Shown here in pieces: positions 9,937 to 20,323 of a stretch of DNA of 64,000 nt (the stretch's first letter is position 1; every line of letters starts with the position of its first letter). Location: assembly GCA_963799485.1 (NCBI GenBank), contig CAWCXJ010000006.1, forward strand, positions 128,001 through 192,000, given 5' to 3'. The notes under the pieces were generated by a model, which worked only from the letters and a program-made list of their open reading frames with translations, had not been told where the DNA came from and did no database searches. The translations under genes and the position numbers were made by a program. The DNA comes from an uncultured Trueperaceae bacterium. Lineage in GTDB: Bacteria; Deinococcota; Deinococci; Deinococcales; Trueperaceae.

Positions 9937-11541
9937 CTACTGCGGCATGTTGGGCGGGGTCCGAGGTTCTGCGCCAAACACCCTCACTGCGCCTGCGTCT
10001 GTACGGTCTGCGCTCGAGCCCGCCATCATCAGCCCCAGCTTTTCGGCGGTCGCCTCGGCTTGAGAGAGTTCACCCATCACCCGACCTTCAAACAACACGA
10101 TAATGCGGTCGGACAAACTCATCACCTCGTTGAGGTCGGCGGAAACCAGCAAGACTGCCAGCCCATCGTCGCGCGCCGCGACGATGCGTCCGTGAATAAA
10201 CTCGATTGCGCCGATATCGACCCCGCGCGTCGGTTGCGAGGCGACGAGCAGTTTCGGGTTCGACGACAGCTCGCGGGCGACGATGAGTTTTTGTGCGTTA
10301 CCGCCCGAATAGCTCAGCGCGCTCACTTCCGTCGAAGTCGGGCGCACATCAAAGTCGCGGATACAGCGCTCGGCGTGCGCTTCGATGGCGTTATCTTGCA
10401 AAAATCCGTAGCGGCTGAACGGCGCTTTGTACACGTCGCCTAAAACGCTGTTTAGGGCCGCGCTGTACTCCCCGACAAGGCCGCGTTCAAGGCGGTCTTC
10501 AGGGATGTGCGACATGCCCGCCTCGCGCACCTCGCGCGCACTCCGTCCCGCCAGGTCTTGCCCGTCCAAGCGGATGCTGCCCTCGTCTACCGGGCGCAGC
10601 CCGGTCAAGGTTTCGACGAGTTCGGACTGACCGTTGCCGTCGATTCCGGCAATCCCCAGGATTTCACCCGCGCGGAGTTCAAAAGAAATGTCGTTTAAGA
10701 GCGGTTTTTGCCTGCCCGCTTGCCGGAGGGTGACGTGCTGAACCGCGAGCCTCACCTCTCGCGGCTCCGCATGGGTTTTCTCCACGCTCAAAAGCACCTC
10801 GCGCCCGACCATCATGTTCGCTAACTCGCGCTGACTCGTCTCTTCGCGCGTCACCGTCCCAATCATCTTGCCGTCGCGCATCACGCTCATCCGGTCGCAG
10901 ATTTCGATGACTTCACCGAGTTTATGCGAGATAAAAATCACCGCGTTGCCCCTAGCGGCAAATTCGCGGACGAAAGCGAACAGGCCGCGCGTCTCTTGCG
11001 GCGTCAGCACAGCGGTCGGTTCATCCATGATGAGGATACGCGCCCCCCGGTACAGCGTTTTTAAGATTTCGACCTGTTGCTGCAACCCGACCGGCAGGTC
11101 TTCGATTTTGCTGTTCGGGTCGATGTCGAAACCGAACTGTTTGATGAGTTCTTGCGCTTTACGGCGCGCCTCACGGATGTTCAGGCTCGGGCCGGTGTGC
11201 GGTTCCGCACCTAAAATCAGGTTTTCGGTGACGCTTAGGGGCTCGATGAGCATAAAGTGCTGGTGCACCATCCCGATACCGAGGCCGAAGGCATCTTTGG
11301 CGCTGGCAATCGCTACGGGTTTACCGTCGATTAAGATTGCGCCTTCGTCGGGTTGTTGCACGCCGCCCAGAATTTTCATCAGGGTGGACTTGCCCGCGCC
11401 GTTCTCGCCGATCAGCGCGTGAACCTCGCCCCAGTTGACCTCGAGGTTGACATGGTCGTTGGCGAGTACCAGCGGAAACCGTTTGACGATAGCTTGCATG
11501 TGTACGGCGGGTGTGACGCTATTTTGGGTTGAGGCCGTCAT
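9937..11541 (-). CDS. ABC transporter ATP-binding protein (CUT2, nucleoside/sugar type, tandem NBDs)
   Basis: [42 protein letters not shown]. Confidence 0.92.
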   Translation of the reverse strand: MTASTQNSVTPAVHMQAIVKRFPLVLANDHVNLEVNWGEVHALIGENGAGKSTLMKILGGVQQPDEGAILIDGKPVAIASAKDAFGLGIGMVHQHFMLIEPLSVTENLILGAEPHTGPSLNIREARRKAQELIKQFGFDIDPNSKIEDLPVGLQQQVEILKTLYRGARILIMDEPTAVLTPQETRGLFAFVREFAARGNAVIFISHKLGEVIEICDRMSVMRDGKMIGTVTREETSQRELANMMVGREVLLSVEKTHAEPREVRLAVQHVTLRQAGRQKPLLNDISFELRAGEILGIAGIDGNGQSELVETLTGLRPVDEGSIRLDGQDLAGRSAREVREAGMSHIPEDRLERGLVGEYSAALNSVLGDVYKAPFSRYGFLQDNAIEAHAERCIRDFDVRPTSTEVSALSYSGGNAQKLIVARELSSNPKLLVASQPTRGVDIGAIEFIHGRIVAARDDGLAVLLVSADLNEVMSLSDRIIVLFEGRVMGELSQAEATAEKLGLMMAGSSADRTDAGAVRVFGAEPRTPPNMPQ

Positions 11542-11640
11542 GAGGTTTAGTGTAGCAGTCGGCGGCCTAGAGTGTGTTTGCTTTGGGGCTCGAGCCGGCT
11601 CTCACATCATCAAACCTGCCACTACGCAACTTCAAGCTTG

Positions 11641-11694
11641 ACCGTACTGTCGCAAACCCTCCATAATACCGTACTGTCCCAAACCCTCCATAAT
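11641..11694. repeat. 27-nt tandem duplication x2
   Basis: ACCGTACTGTC(G/C)CAAACCCTCCATAAT twice. Confidence 0.95.
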
Positions 11695-11978
11695 GAGGTG
11701 TTTTCCGTTAGGTGTAACCCGAAGGGGAGAGGCGTATGCACCAGGTCTTTACTCATTATTATGCTGGTGCCGGGTGCTGGTCAGCCGGCACCAGCGGCAC
11801 AAAATGCGCCCGCCGGAGGTCTCGGTTTACGGGGCTGCGGACTCGGCGCGAGTTTGGCGGCAGCTTTTCGGGCTTGACAAAGTGGGGTTGCGCCGTAGCA
11901 TGAGAAAAACTTAAGGGCGGCCTCAAGTGCTGTTTCATGCTGTCTCTGCTACGCTTAAGGTGAAGTGGGAGGTCGTTA

Positions 11979-12332
11979 GTGAAAACCAGGATTATTTTCC
12001 ATCATGTGCTGCAAGACGGGCTCGAGCTTGGTGGTGACGAAACGCACGCGGTGTCGCGGGTGCATTTCGACCTCGAGCAGGGCGAAGAGCACTATCCGGG
12101 GCTTTTTGTCGACCTTACGGAGCCGGTCAATACCCTTCACGAAGCGAGCGACGTTCAAGTCGGCGCGTTCGCGAGCCCGGTAAAGCTGAGCCGTAAAGCG
12201 TTTGAAGAGGCCGTTTGTACCTATTACCAGAGCCTGGTTCGCTCGGCAGGGTACGGCAAGCACCTCGCCAAAGACAAGGGTTTTCGTAGCCACGGCGACG
12301 TACTCGGGCGCGAGCAAGTCGTTGAACTCTAG
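11979..12332 (+). CDS. Hypothetical protein
   Basis: 117 aa, SD GGGAGG before GTG; TTGACA-N16-TAGCAT at 11874-11901. Confidence 0.7.
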   Translation: MKTRIIFHHVLQDGLELGGDETHAVSRVHFDLEQGEEHYPGLFVDLTEPVNTLHEASDVQVGAFASPVKLSRKAFEEAVCTYYQSLVRSAGYGKHLAKDKGFRSHGDVLGREQVVEL

Positions 12333-12640
12333 CTTGTTTGCGCTCTAGCTTGCTTGCGCTACGCACCGCGAAGAAGGTTCCAGCCTTTTAACGTAGCTTT
12401 AAGGTATAGCTGTATCAACTACCCGACTGGGATAGGCGCTTTTTCGTATTCAACGCTGATGCGTAGCGGCTTTTGGTCTTCTGGAAAAATGCGCCCGCTC
12501 GTATTCACCGTGCCCCCGTTGCCCTCAAACCTGCAAGCAAGCAGCGCCGGCGTGAGAATTGGCAACGCTGGAAGACTTTCTCGGCGTTGCCCTGGTCGGG
12601 TTCGTAAAACTGCCGGGCATGGGCGCGTCTCCTGCGCCGC

Positions 12641-14792
12641 TCAACCGTTCTTTTCGCCTGCTAACACACAGCGCAACACGCCGTAGTCGTAGCGCTCCCC
12701 CAAACGCTCGAAAAGCGGTTTGAGTTTGCCCTGTGCGTCCGCCGGCAGATTCCTGTAGGCAGCTTCGATCTCATAGACTTCCTTGGCCGACAAACCCGTC
12801 GCAACTGAAACGCCGATAGTACCCGCCGCGACCAGCGCAGCGCAGTGTTGCAACACGGTTCCGTGGGTCAACGACCGTTTTTCGGCAACTTCCGCAGGTG
12901 TCAAGCCTTGTTGAATGAGTTTGTGGGTCTCGCGGTACGTTTCACTCAGCTGCGAGGTTGGCTGTTCGGTTAGGACTTCTAAAAACTGCTTGCCGTAACG
13001 CTCGAGCTTCACCTCACCCACACCCGGTACACGCCGTAATTCGGCGAGTGAACGCGGTTTTAGTTCAGCCATTTTGACGAGCGTTTTGTTGTCGAAGACG
13101 ACGTAAGCCGGGACTTCTTGCTCTTTGGCTATCGTGGCGCGAAGTGACCTCAGCGCCTCGAAGAGTGACGCTTCACCGTCGCCCAAGGTCGCACCCGGAC
13201 TCGCCACCCGGCCTTTCGGGACAGTAACGGCTTTTTGCGGCGTCGGGTCTTGACGAAGCTGAACTTTTTCCTGCCCCTTCAAGACAGGCGTGCTGCGCGG
13301 TGAAAGTTTGAGCGTGCCGTACCCGTCCGGGTCGGTGGTGAGGTAACCGCCTGCGACGAGTTGCCGCATGACGCCGCGCCACGCGCGTTCGCTGCGTTCT
13401 TTGCCGATACCGTAAGTGCTCAAGGTTTGATGGTTTAGCGAATGAACCTTGGGCGTTTCTTTGCCTAGCAGCACGTCGATGACGTGACCTGCGCCGAAGC
13501 GCTGCCCGGTACGCACGACCGTCGAAAGCGCCTTTTGCGCGGCGACGGTGCCGTCCCAGGTCTCGACGGGCGAGAGGCAGGTGTCGCAATTACCGCACGG
13601 TTCCGGCAAGGTTTCACCAAAATACGCGAGCAAAACCTGACGGCGGCAGCGGGCCGATTCGCAGTAGCCCAAGAGCGCCTCGAGCTTCCCCGCTTCGATC
13701 CGTTTGACCGCCTCGGGCGCAGCCCCACCCGCCAGCATCCGCCGGAGCGACACGACATCTTCCAAACCATACGTCATAAAGGCGTCGGCGGCTTCCCCGT
13801 CACGGCCCGCCCGCCCGGTTTCCTGGTAGTAACTCTCCAAACTTTTGGGCAAATCCAGATGGGCCACAAAACGCACGTCGGGTTTGTCGATACCCATGCC
13901 GAAGGCAATCGTCGCAACCATGACCAGGCCGTCTTCACGCAGAAACCGCGCCTGATGCCGTTGCCGCACCGCCGCCGCGAGTCCTGCGTGATAGGGCAGC
14001 GCGTTGACGCCCTGCTTTCGTCAGCCAGCTTGCCGTTTCGTCTACACTGCGGCGCGACAAGCAGTAGACGATGCCTGCGTTACCCGCGTGTCCGGCACGG
14101 TAAAACGTCAGAAGTTGCTGTTTCGCGCCCCCTTTGGGCACGACCGTATAACGGATATTGGGCCGGTCGAACGACGAGACGAACTGTTGTGCGCGCCCCA
14201 AACTCAGCTTTTCTACCATCTCGCGCCGGGTGGCGTCGTCGGCGGTGGCGGTCAGGGCGATACGCGGGACCTTGGGAAAACGCTCAGCCAAGAGCGACAA
14301 GCCGATATATTCGGGCCGGAAGTCGTGACCCCACTGTGAGACGCAGTGCGCTTCGTCGATGGCAAAAAGGGCGATACGGCTGCGGGTCAAGAGGTCTAAA
14401 AAACGCGGCGTCAGCAGGCGTTCGGGGGCGACGTAAAGGAGGTCGATGTCACCTGAGAGCAAGTCGCGTTCAACTTGGGAGGCTTCTTGAAGGGTGAGGC
14501 TCGAGTTCAAAAAAGCCGCTTTGACCCCGAGCTGCAAGAGTGCGTCTACCTGGTCTTGCATCAAGGCAATCAGCGGCGACACGACGATCCCGACACCGGG
14601 ACGAAGGAGCGCCGGAATCTGGTAGCAGAGCGATTTGCCGCCGCCCGTCGGCATCAACACGAGCGCGTCGCCGCCACCGACAACCTGCTCGATAATGGCC
14701 CCCTGCGCCCCGCGAAAGTCGCCGTAGCCGAAGGTCTTTTGTAAAACAGCCCGTGCGCGGCTGTAACTGTCTGCGTGTGTATCTATCTGCAT
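12641..14792 (-). pseudogene. recQ: DNA helicase RecQ (helicase-RQC-HRDC-HTH), split by one +1 frameshift near 14010-14018 (possible sequencing error)
   Basis: [23 protein letters not shown]; removing one base restores ..[10 protein letters not shown] into [27 protein letters not shown]. Confidence 0.93.
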
Positions 14793-14928
14793 CTAAAAGG
14801 TCTCACCTTGGATACGGCTCGGTTTGCCGGTGCGGGCCATACTATAGTGATGACAAGCGGCGATGATGACAAGCGGCGCAAAGAGAGCAAGCAGCAAAAA
14901 CCTCGGCATCAGACGAACAGTCTACCGC

Positions 14929-15951
14929 TTACCCTGCGGCCTTCACCGCCTGCCGCCCGACCCACGCGACCGAAGACGGCAAGACAATCCGCTCGGCGGG
15001 AGTTTCGGAGCCTTCCATCCGGCTTAGCAACAACTCCGCCGCCTTTTTGCCGATGTCGTACGCCGGTTGGATGACGCTCAGCATTTCGGGGGCGCTGGGA
15101 AACCACTCGAGCGCGTCGAACGAGGCCAGTGCGACATCTTCCGGAATCCGCAGGTCATGCTCGAAAAGGTAGCGCAGCACGCTCAGGGTCAGCAGTTTCG
15201 AGCCGGTAAAAAGCGCGGTCGGCGGTTTTACGCTTTGCATCACGGTCTCGGCGAGCCGGTAGCCTTCAGCCTCGACGGGTTTACCGAACACCGCCAGCTC
15301 AGGATGAAACGGCAATCCTGCGTCTGCCAGCGCCTGTTTGTACCCCGTAAACCGTTGCCGTCCGGTAGGAATCGACAAATCCGACAAGACGGCCCCGATA
15401 CGCGTGTGTCCCCCTGCAATAAGCTGCGCTACGGCCCGCCGCGAGGCTTCCTGGTTGTCCGACACGACCGTATCGACCGCCAGTCCGGTCACTTCACGGT
15501 CGATAATCGTCAGCGGGATTCCGGCGTCCAGAAACGTGCGGTACGCCTCGGCATCGGTTTGCGCCGGGGTCAAGATGACGCCCGCGACCTGTTCGTCTAA
15601 AAACAGCTCGAGGTAACGCATTTCGCGCTCACTGTTTTCGTCGGTGTTGCACAAAAAAACCACGAAACCGTGCGGCAACACCGCGTCTTCGACGGCGCGC
15701 ACAATCTGGTTAAAAAAAGGGTTTTGAATGTCGGAGACGACCAGCCCGATAAACCGCGAACGCTGCGTCCGCAGGGAACGGGCGATACGGTTGGGGCGGT
15801 AGTGAAGGCTCTGGGCCGCCGCGAGTACCCGCGCCCTGACCGCCGCGCTGACGTGCGGTTTCCCGGCCAAGACCCGCGACACCGTAGCCGACGAAACGCC
15901 CGCCCGCTTTGCCACATCGCCGATCCGACTGACTCCCTCTGTTTTTGCCAT
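14929..15951 (-). CDS. LacI family transcriptional regulator
   Basis: DVAKRAGVSSATVSRVL, YRPN, NPFF. Confidence 0.95.
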   Translation of the reverse strand: MAKTEGVSRIGDVAKRAGVSSATVSRVLAGKPHVSAAVRARVLAAAQSLHYRPNRIARSLRTQRSRFIGLVVSDIQNPFFNQIVRAVEDAVLPHGFVVFLCNTDENSEREMRYLELFLDEQVAGVILTPAQTDAEAYRTFLDAGIPLTIIDREVTGLAVDTVVSDNQEASRRAVAQLIAGGHTRIGAVLSDLSIPTGRQRFTGYKQALADAGLPFHPELAVFGKPVEAEGYRLAETVMQSVKPPTALFTGSKLLTLSVLRYLFEHDLRIPEDVALASFDALEWFPSAPEMLSVIQPAYDIGKKAAELLLSRMEGSETPAERIVLPSSVAWVGRQAVKAAG

Positions 15952-15961
15952 CTGCCCTGAC

Positions 15962-16045
15962 TGTAATCGATTTTAGCCGCTACCGCCAGGGTTGACAAAC
16001 CTATCCCTTTAGGCTAGGCTCTGATAGGAACTGAAATCGATTACA
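15962..16045 (+). promoter_or_regulatory. Sigma70-type promoter flanked by two LacI-type operators
   Basis: TTGACA 15992-97, N17, TAGGCT 16015-20; palindromes TGTAATCGATTTTA 15962-75 and TGAAATCGATTACA 16032-45. Confidence 0.8.
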
Positions 16046-16174
16046 TAACCGCAGGAGGTTGAACGCGGCGCAGGTGTGTGCTGCACCCGAGTAGACACAG
16101 GCTGACGTCGGCCTCGAAAAGACGTGTATCTACGCGTGTCTCTAGATACGCAGCGCAACCAAGGAGATTACTGG

Positions 16175-17176
16175 ATGAACGCCAAACTCGCCGCCGCCAC
16201 GCTGTTGCTGGGTGCTTCGCTCGTTACGGGCAGTGCAGTAGCCCAAGATGAACCCATCGTCGGGCTGATTACCAAAACCGAAACCAACCCGTTTTTCGTC
16301 AAGATGCGCGAGGGCGCGCAGGCCAAAGCCGACGAGCTGGGCTTGCAGCTGCTGACTGCAGCAGGTAGTTTCGACGGTGACAACGAAGCGCAGGTCACGG
16401 CGATTGAAAACATGGTCAACGCCGGAGCCGCCGGGATTTTGCTGGTACCGAGCGACTCGAGCGCCATCGTCCCGTCGGTGCAGCGTGCCCGCGACCAGGG
16501 CGTGATTGTGATCGCCTTAGACACCCCGCTCAACCCGCAAGACGCCAGCGACGCGCTTTTCGCCACCGACAACTTCGAGGCCGGAAGACTCATCGGCGAG
16601 TACGCAGCGGCAGTGATGGGCGACACCGAACCGGTGATTGCTACGCTCGACCTGAACCCCGGGATTACCGTCGGAACCCTGCGGCATAACGGCTTTTTGG
16701 CAGGTTACGGCCTCACCGACGTGACCGCCGACTCGTCCGATCAGGTCAATACCGCCGAAGTCGTCTGCAGCCAGGATACGCAGGGCGACCAGACCAAAGG
16801 CCAGACCGCGATGGAAAACTGCCTGACGTCCAACCCGGACATCAACCTGGTCTACACCATCAACGAACCCGCTGCGTTCGGCGCAGCGACCGCAATTCGT
16901 AACGCCGGACTTGCCGACCAGATTACGGTCGTTTCGGTTGACGGCGGCTGCGCCGGGGTTCGTGGTGTCGAGGTCGGACAGATTGCCGCAACGTCGCAGC
17001 AGTACCCGCTTGAGATGGCCTCTTTGGGTGTTGAAGCTGTGGCTGAATATATCCAGACCGGTACCGCACCTTCAGGCTACACCGACACCGGTGTTACGCT
17101 GATTACCGACAACCCTGTTGACGGTGTTGACAGCGAAGATACCGCGTTCGGCCTCGAGAACTGCTGGGGCGAATAG
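16175..17176 (+). CDS. frcB: Sugar ABC transporter substrate-binding protein (FrcB-like)
   Basis: SD AAGGAG, signal peptide, LITKTETNPFFVKM, ATDNF, YTINEPAA, SVDGGC, QQYP, CWG end. Confidence 0.8.
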   Translation: MNAKLAAATLLLGASLVTGSAVAQDEPIVGLITKTETNPFFVKMREGAQAKADELGLQLLTAAGSFDGDNEAQVTAIENMVNAGAAGILLVPSDSSAIVPSVQRARDQGVIVIALDTPLNPQDASDALFATDNFEAGRLIGEYAAAVMGDTEPVIATLDLNPGITVGTLRHNGFLAGYGLTDVTADSSDQVNTAEVVCSQDTQGDQTKGQTAMENCLTSNPDINLVYTINEPAAFGAATAIRNAGLADQITVVSVDGGCAGVRGVEVGQIAATSQQYPLEMASLGVEAVAEYIQTGTAPSGYTDTGVTLITDNPVDGVDSEDTAFGLENCWGE

Positions 17177-17250
17177 ATTATAGGTTCGACCGCGCAGACT
17201 CAAGGTGCTGTGAGGTTTGGGCACATGCTTTAGATACAGCAGTTTAGAGC

Positions 17251-17281
17251 CGGTGCAGCGGAAGTCACTTCCGCTGCACCG
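17251..17281 (+). other. Intercistronic perfect inverted repeat (stem-loop)
   Basis: CGGTGCAGCGGAAGT-C-ACTTCCGCTGCACCG between binding-protein and permease genes. Confidence 0.85.
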
Positions 17282-17313
17282 CTTGTCAGCTTTTACCCGT
17301 CTCGAGGAGGAAT

Positions 17314-18294
17314 ATGATCACGACAAGTTCAGGGCGGAGCGCTTCAAGCCGTATTGTCGGCTTTTTAGCCGCGCCCGCCGTAAGTCCACTTATCGCGCTG
17401 ATTATCGCGGTCGTCATTTTTTCAACGCAGTCCGACCGCTTTTTGACGGGCCGGAACTTTTCCTTGATCGTTCAACAAGTGATGGTCGTCGGCACCCTCG
17501 CTATCGGTCAAACGCTGATTATTTTAACCGCCGGAATCGACCTTTCCAACGGCCTTATCAGCGCGCTCGGCGGCGTCGTGATGACCAAAATCGCCGTTGT
17601 CAACGGTATCAATCCGGTGCTGGCGATTCTCGTCGGGATTTTGGTGTGTACCATCTTCGGCGCGCTGAACGGCCTGCTGATTACTCGCCTCAGGTTGCCG
17701 CCGTTTATCGTTACGCTGGGCACACTCAACATCGCCTTCGCGCTCGTGCGTATCTATTCGACCCAGACGATTACCGGCCTCTCACCGGTACAAACGGCGC
17801 TCGGCAAAACCTTTTTGGTCGGCGGCACCGCCATCTCTTACGGCTCGGTTCTGGTCTTTCTCCTCTACCTGGTGGTCTGGTATATGCTGCAAAGCACCGC
17901 TTTCGGAAGGCATATCTACGCCGTCGGCGACGACCCCGAAGCGGCGCGGCTGACGGGCATTCCGGTCAACCGGGTGTTGATGGCGGTCTATACACTGGCA
18001 GGCGCGACCTACGGGATTGCGGCGCTGATGCTGATCGCCCGTACCGGCGTCGGCGACCCGCAGGCGGGGCAAGACGCGAACTTGGAGAGTATTACCGCCG
18101 TCGTTTTGGGTGGGACGAGTCTTTTCGGCGGACGCGGCAACATCATGGGAACACTGCTCGGAGTCTTGATTGTCGGCGTGTTTCGCAACGGTTTGCAGCT
18201 GACCGGCGTCCCGTCAATCTATCAGGTACTGATCACCGGGATTTTGGTTATTCTGGCGGTTGCCGTCGATCAACTCTCGAGGAGGAGTTCATGA
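17314..18294 (+). CDS. frcC: Sugar ABC transporter permease (FrcC-like)
   Basis: IILTAGIDLS, PPFIVTLG, GRHIYAVG, AVVLGGTSLFGGRG. Confidence 0.85.
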   Translation: MITTSSGRSASSRIVGFLAAPAVSPLIALIIAVVIFSTQSDRFLTGRNFSLIVQQVMVVGTLAIGQTLIILTAGIDLSNGLISALGGVVMTKIAVVNGINPVLAILVGILVCTIFGALNGLLITRLRLPPFIVTLGTLNIAFALVRIYSTQTITGLSPVQTALGKTFLVGGTAISYGSVLVFLLYLVVWYMLQSTAFGRHIYAVGDDPEAARLTGIPVNRVLMAVYTLAGATYGIAALMLIARTGVGDPQAGQDANLESITAVVLGGTSLFGGRGNIMGTLLGVLIVGVFRNGLQLTGVPSIYQVLITGILVILAVAVDQLSRRSS

Positions 18295-19121
18295 GCCAAC
18301 AAGTCAGCGTTACCTCAGCAAAACCCCCGTTGGGGGTCACCGACAGGGTGAGTCAAACGCCGATTTTAGAGGCCAAGGGACTCGTCAAACACTACGGTCA
18401 CGTCGTCGCCATCGACGGAGCCGACTTCGACCTCTTTCCCGGCGAGATTTTAGCCGTCATCGGCGATAACGGCGCGGGCAAATCGACGCTCATCAAGGCG
18501 CTTTCCGGCGCAGTCATCCCCGACAAGGGCAAGATTTTTTTGAACGGTGAAGAGGTTCACCTCCGCAGCCCTTTAGACGCGCGGCATTACGGTATCGAAA
18601 CGGTGCACCAGTCGCTCGCCGTCGCGCCCGCACTCAATATCGTCGACAACATGTTCATGGGGCGCGAAATCCGCAAACCCGGCGTTTTGGGTTCGGTCTT
18701 CCGGATGCTCGACAAGAAAAAGATGCTCGCCGACGCGACCCTTTACATGCAAGACCTCAAGTTCCGTATCCAGTCGATGCAGCAGCCGGTCGAAACGCTC
18801 TCGGGTGGGCAGCGCCAGGGGGTCGCCGTCGCCCGCGCCGCCGCCTTCGCCCGCAACGTGATTATCTTAGACGAGCCCACCGCCGCGTTGGGCGTTAAAG
18901 AATCGGGAATGGTGCTAGAACTTATCCGCAAGGTGCGCGACCGTGGGTTGCCGGTTATCTTAATCAGCCACAACATGCCGCACGTTTTTGAAATCGCCGA
19001 CCGGATTCACGTCCACCGGATGGGCAAACGCGCCGCCATCGTGCGGCCCCAAGATTACAGTATGTCGGACGTCGTAGCGATCATGACGGGCGCGCTCGAG
19101 GTCGAAAAGCAGGACAACTAG
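18291..19121 (+). CDS. frcA: Sugar ABC transporter ATP-binding protein (FrcA-like)
   Basis: ATGA overlap with permease, [31 protein letters not shown]. Confidence 0.85.
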   Translation: MSQQVSVTSAKPPLGVTDRVSQTPILEAKGLVKHYGHVVAIDGADFDLFPGEILAVIGDNGAGKSTLIKALSGAVIPDKGKIFLNGEEVHLRSPLDARHYGIETVHQSLAVAPALNIVDNMFMGREIRKPGVLGSVFRMLDKKKMLADATLYMQDLKFRIQSMQQPVETLSGGQRQGVAVARAAAFARNVIILDEPTAALGVKESGMVLELIRKVRDRGLPVILISHNMPHVFEIADRIHVHRMGKRAAIVRPQDYSMSDVVAIMTGALEVEKQDN

Positions 19122-19136
19122 CGGCGTAAAAGGCAG

Positions 19137-19180
19137 CAACTACAACCCACCGGCGTAGTCAAGGCGGCGGGCTGTAGTTG
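19137..19180. terminator. Imperfect hairpin between convergent genes
   Basis: CAACTACA..CCG / CGG..TGTAGTTG. Confidence 0.5.
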
Positions 19181-19249
19181 TTCGGGCTCGAGCTGCAAAG
19201 CTTTGATTGTCTTTGCTAGAACCCCGCTTTAGTACATCTTTTACGTTCT

Positions 19250-19711
19250 CTACAGATGAAGGTTGATACCCGCCCGCAAGAACAAAAGCCCGGTTTCGGT
19301 CGTCAGGTTGTAACGCGGCTGCACCTCGGCGAATACGCTGATGAGGCTGCCCGCGTCGAGGTCCAAGCCGGCAGTTCCAGAGGCGTAGAGCGATTCGGCT
19401 CCGGCGGCGCTGGCGTAGCCGCCCCCGGCACCGACGTAAAAGACGGTATTCTCGCCGGTCGTGTAGAGCAGGTCGCCGCCGACCTGATAGTCAAGGGGCG
19501 AGGCCGGTTTGAACTCGAGCCCACCCCGAACACCGAACTTGCCCCACAGGTCATACGTTCCCAGCGTAAACCCCAAGTAAGAGCTGACCGAGGTCTCGTC
19601 AACTTGCGACGCAACGGGAAAACCGATAAAAACCCGGGCCTGGGCTGTATTCCAGAAAGCTGTGCTCCAGAACAGTCCGGCTAGTAGCCATAAAGTGTAA
19701 CCACGCTTCAT
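19250..19711 (-). CDS. Small outer-membrane beta-barrel-like protein
   Basis: SD GGAG, ATG 19711, signal peptide (AQA), alternating strands FYVGAGGGY, VFAEVQP, RAGINLHL end. Confidence 0.65.
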   Translation of the reverse strand: MKRGYTLWLLAGLFWSTAFWNTAQARVFIGFPVASQVDETSVSSYLGFTLGTYDLWGKFGVRGGLEFKPASPLDYQVGGDLLYTTGENTVFYVGAGGGYASAAGAESLYASGTAGLDLDAGSLISVFAEVQPRYNLTTETGLLFLRAGINLHL

Positions 19712-19878
19712 AATCGTCTCCTGGTAGGGTGCTAGAGTTACCCGACTAAACACACCTCGCAACGTAGCACACGACAACTCGCACCTTGACGTTTTTACGC
19801 TTGACAGGGCATTTTTGTGCACTTTTGTCGCAAGCATGAAGCTAACTCGCCCCCTCGAGGTTTAGGCTTGAAAGCAAG

Positions 19879-20049
19879 ATGGATACCCTACTTACCGCCT
19901 TACTATTTTCCCTCTACCTGAGTGTGCCGGCAGCTATCTTTGCGCTCTTTGTGCGAGGACGCAAGCGGCGTCTGGCGTTCGGCGGCGCGGTGGCGCTCGC
20001 GCTTATCGGTGCGCTGGGAGCGATTCTGGTACGCACCTTACCGGGATAA
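19879..20049 (+). CDS. Small 2-TM membrane protein (56 aa; not in ORF track)
   Basis: MDTLLTALLFSLYLSVPAAIFALFVRGRKRRLAFGGAVALALIGALGAILVRTLPG. Confidence 0.7.
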   Translation: MDTLLTALLFSLYLSVPAAIFALFVRGRKRRLAFGGAVALALIGALGAILVRTLPG

Positions 20050-20051
20050 AC

Positions 20052-20225
20052 ATGAACGATCACAATCTCGCCCGCTCCGCCTGCCGCATCTTCGGGCACC
20101 GGTGGGAAAACGTCAAGTACCGAGCCTTCCGCGCCGCCGACCCGCTGCGCGGCGCACGCACCCTCACCATTCAGCGGCAACGGGTATGCTCGCGGTGCGG
20201 CGAAGTCGAGGTCGTCAAACGCTGA
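20052..20225 (+). CDS. Small putative zinc-binding protein, DUF1660-like (57 aa; not in ORF track)
   Basis: MNDHNLARSACRIFGHRW...VCSRCGEVEVVKR; starts 2 nt after previous stop. Confidence 0.7.
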   Translation: MNDHNLARSACRIFGHRWENVKYRAFRAADPLRGARTLTIQRQRVCSRCGEVEVVKR

Positions 20226-20323
20226 CCTGCTACCACGGTGGCAATTTCAAAACACCGGCTCGACTACCGACTCGGTTTTCAAAGCCGAGCCGACACGCAA
20301 AACTAGGAGCTTTAGAGGTATTT

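Noticed and set aside
12419..12620. Possible GH32 C-terminal remnant (…GGTVNTSGRIFP…) on the minus strand
   Set aside because: Too short and degenerate to support without a search
17217..19121. 634-aa ORF as a fusion protein
   Set aside because: N-terminal part is an off-frame read of the permease; the real ATPase starts at ATG 18291 with its own SD
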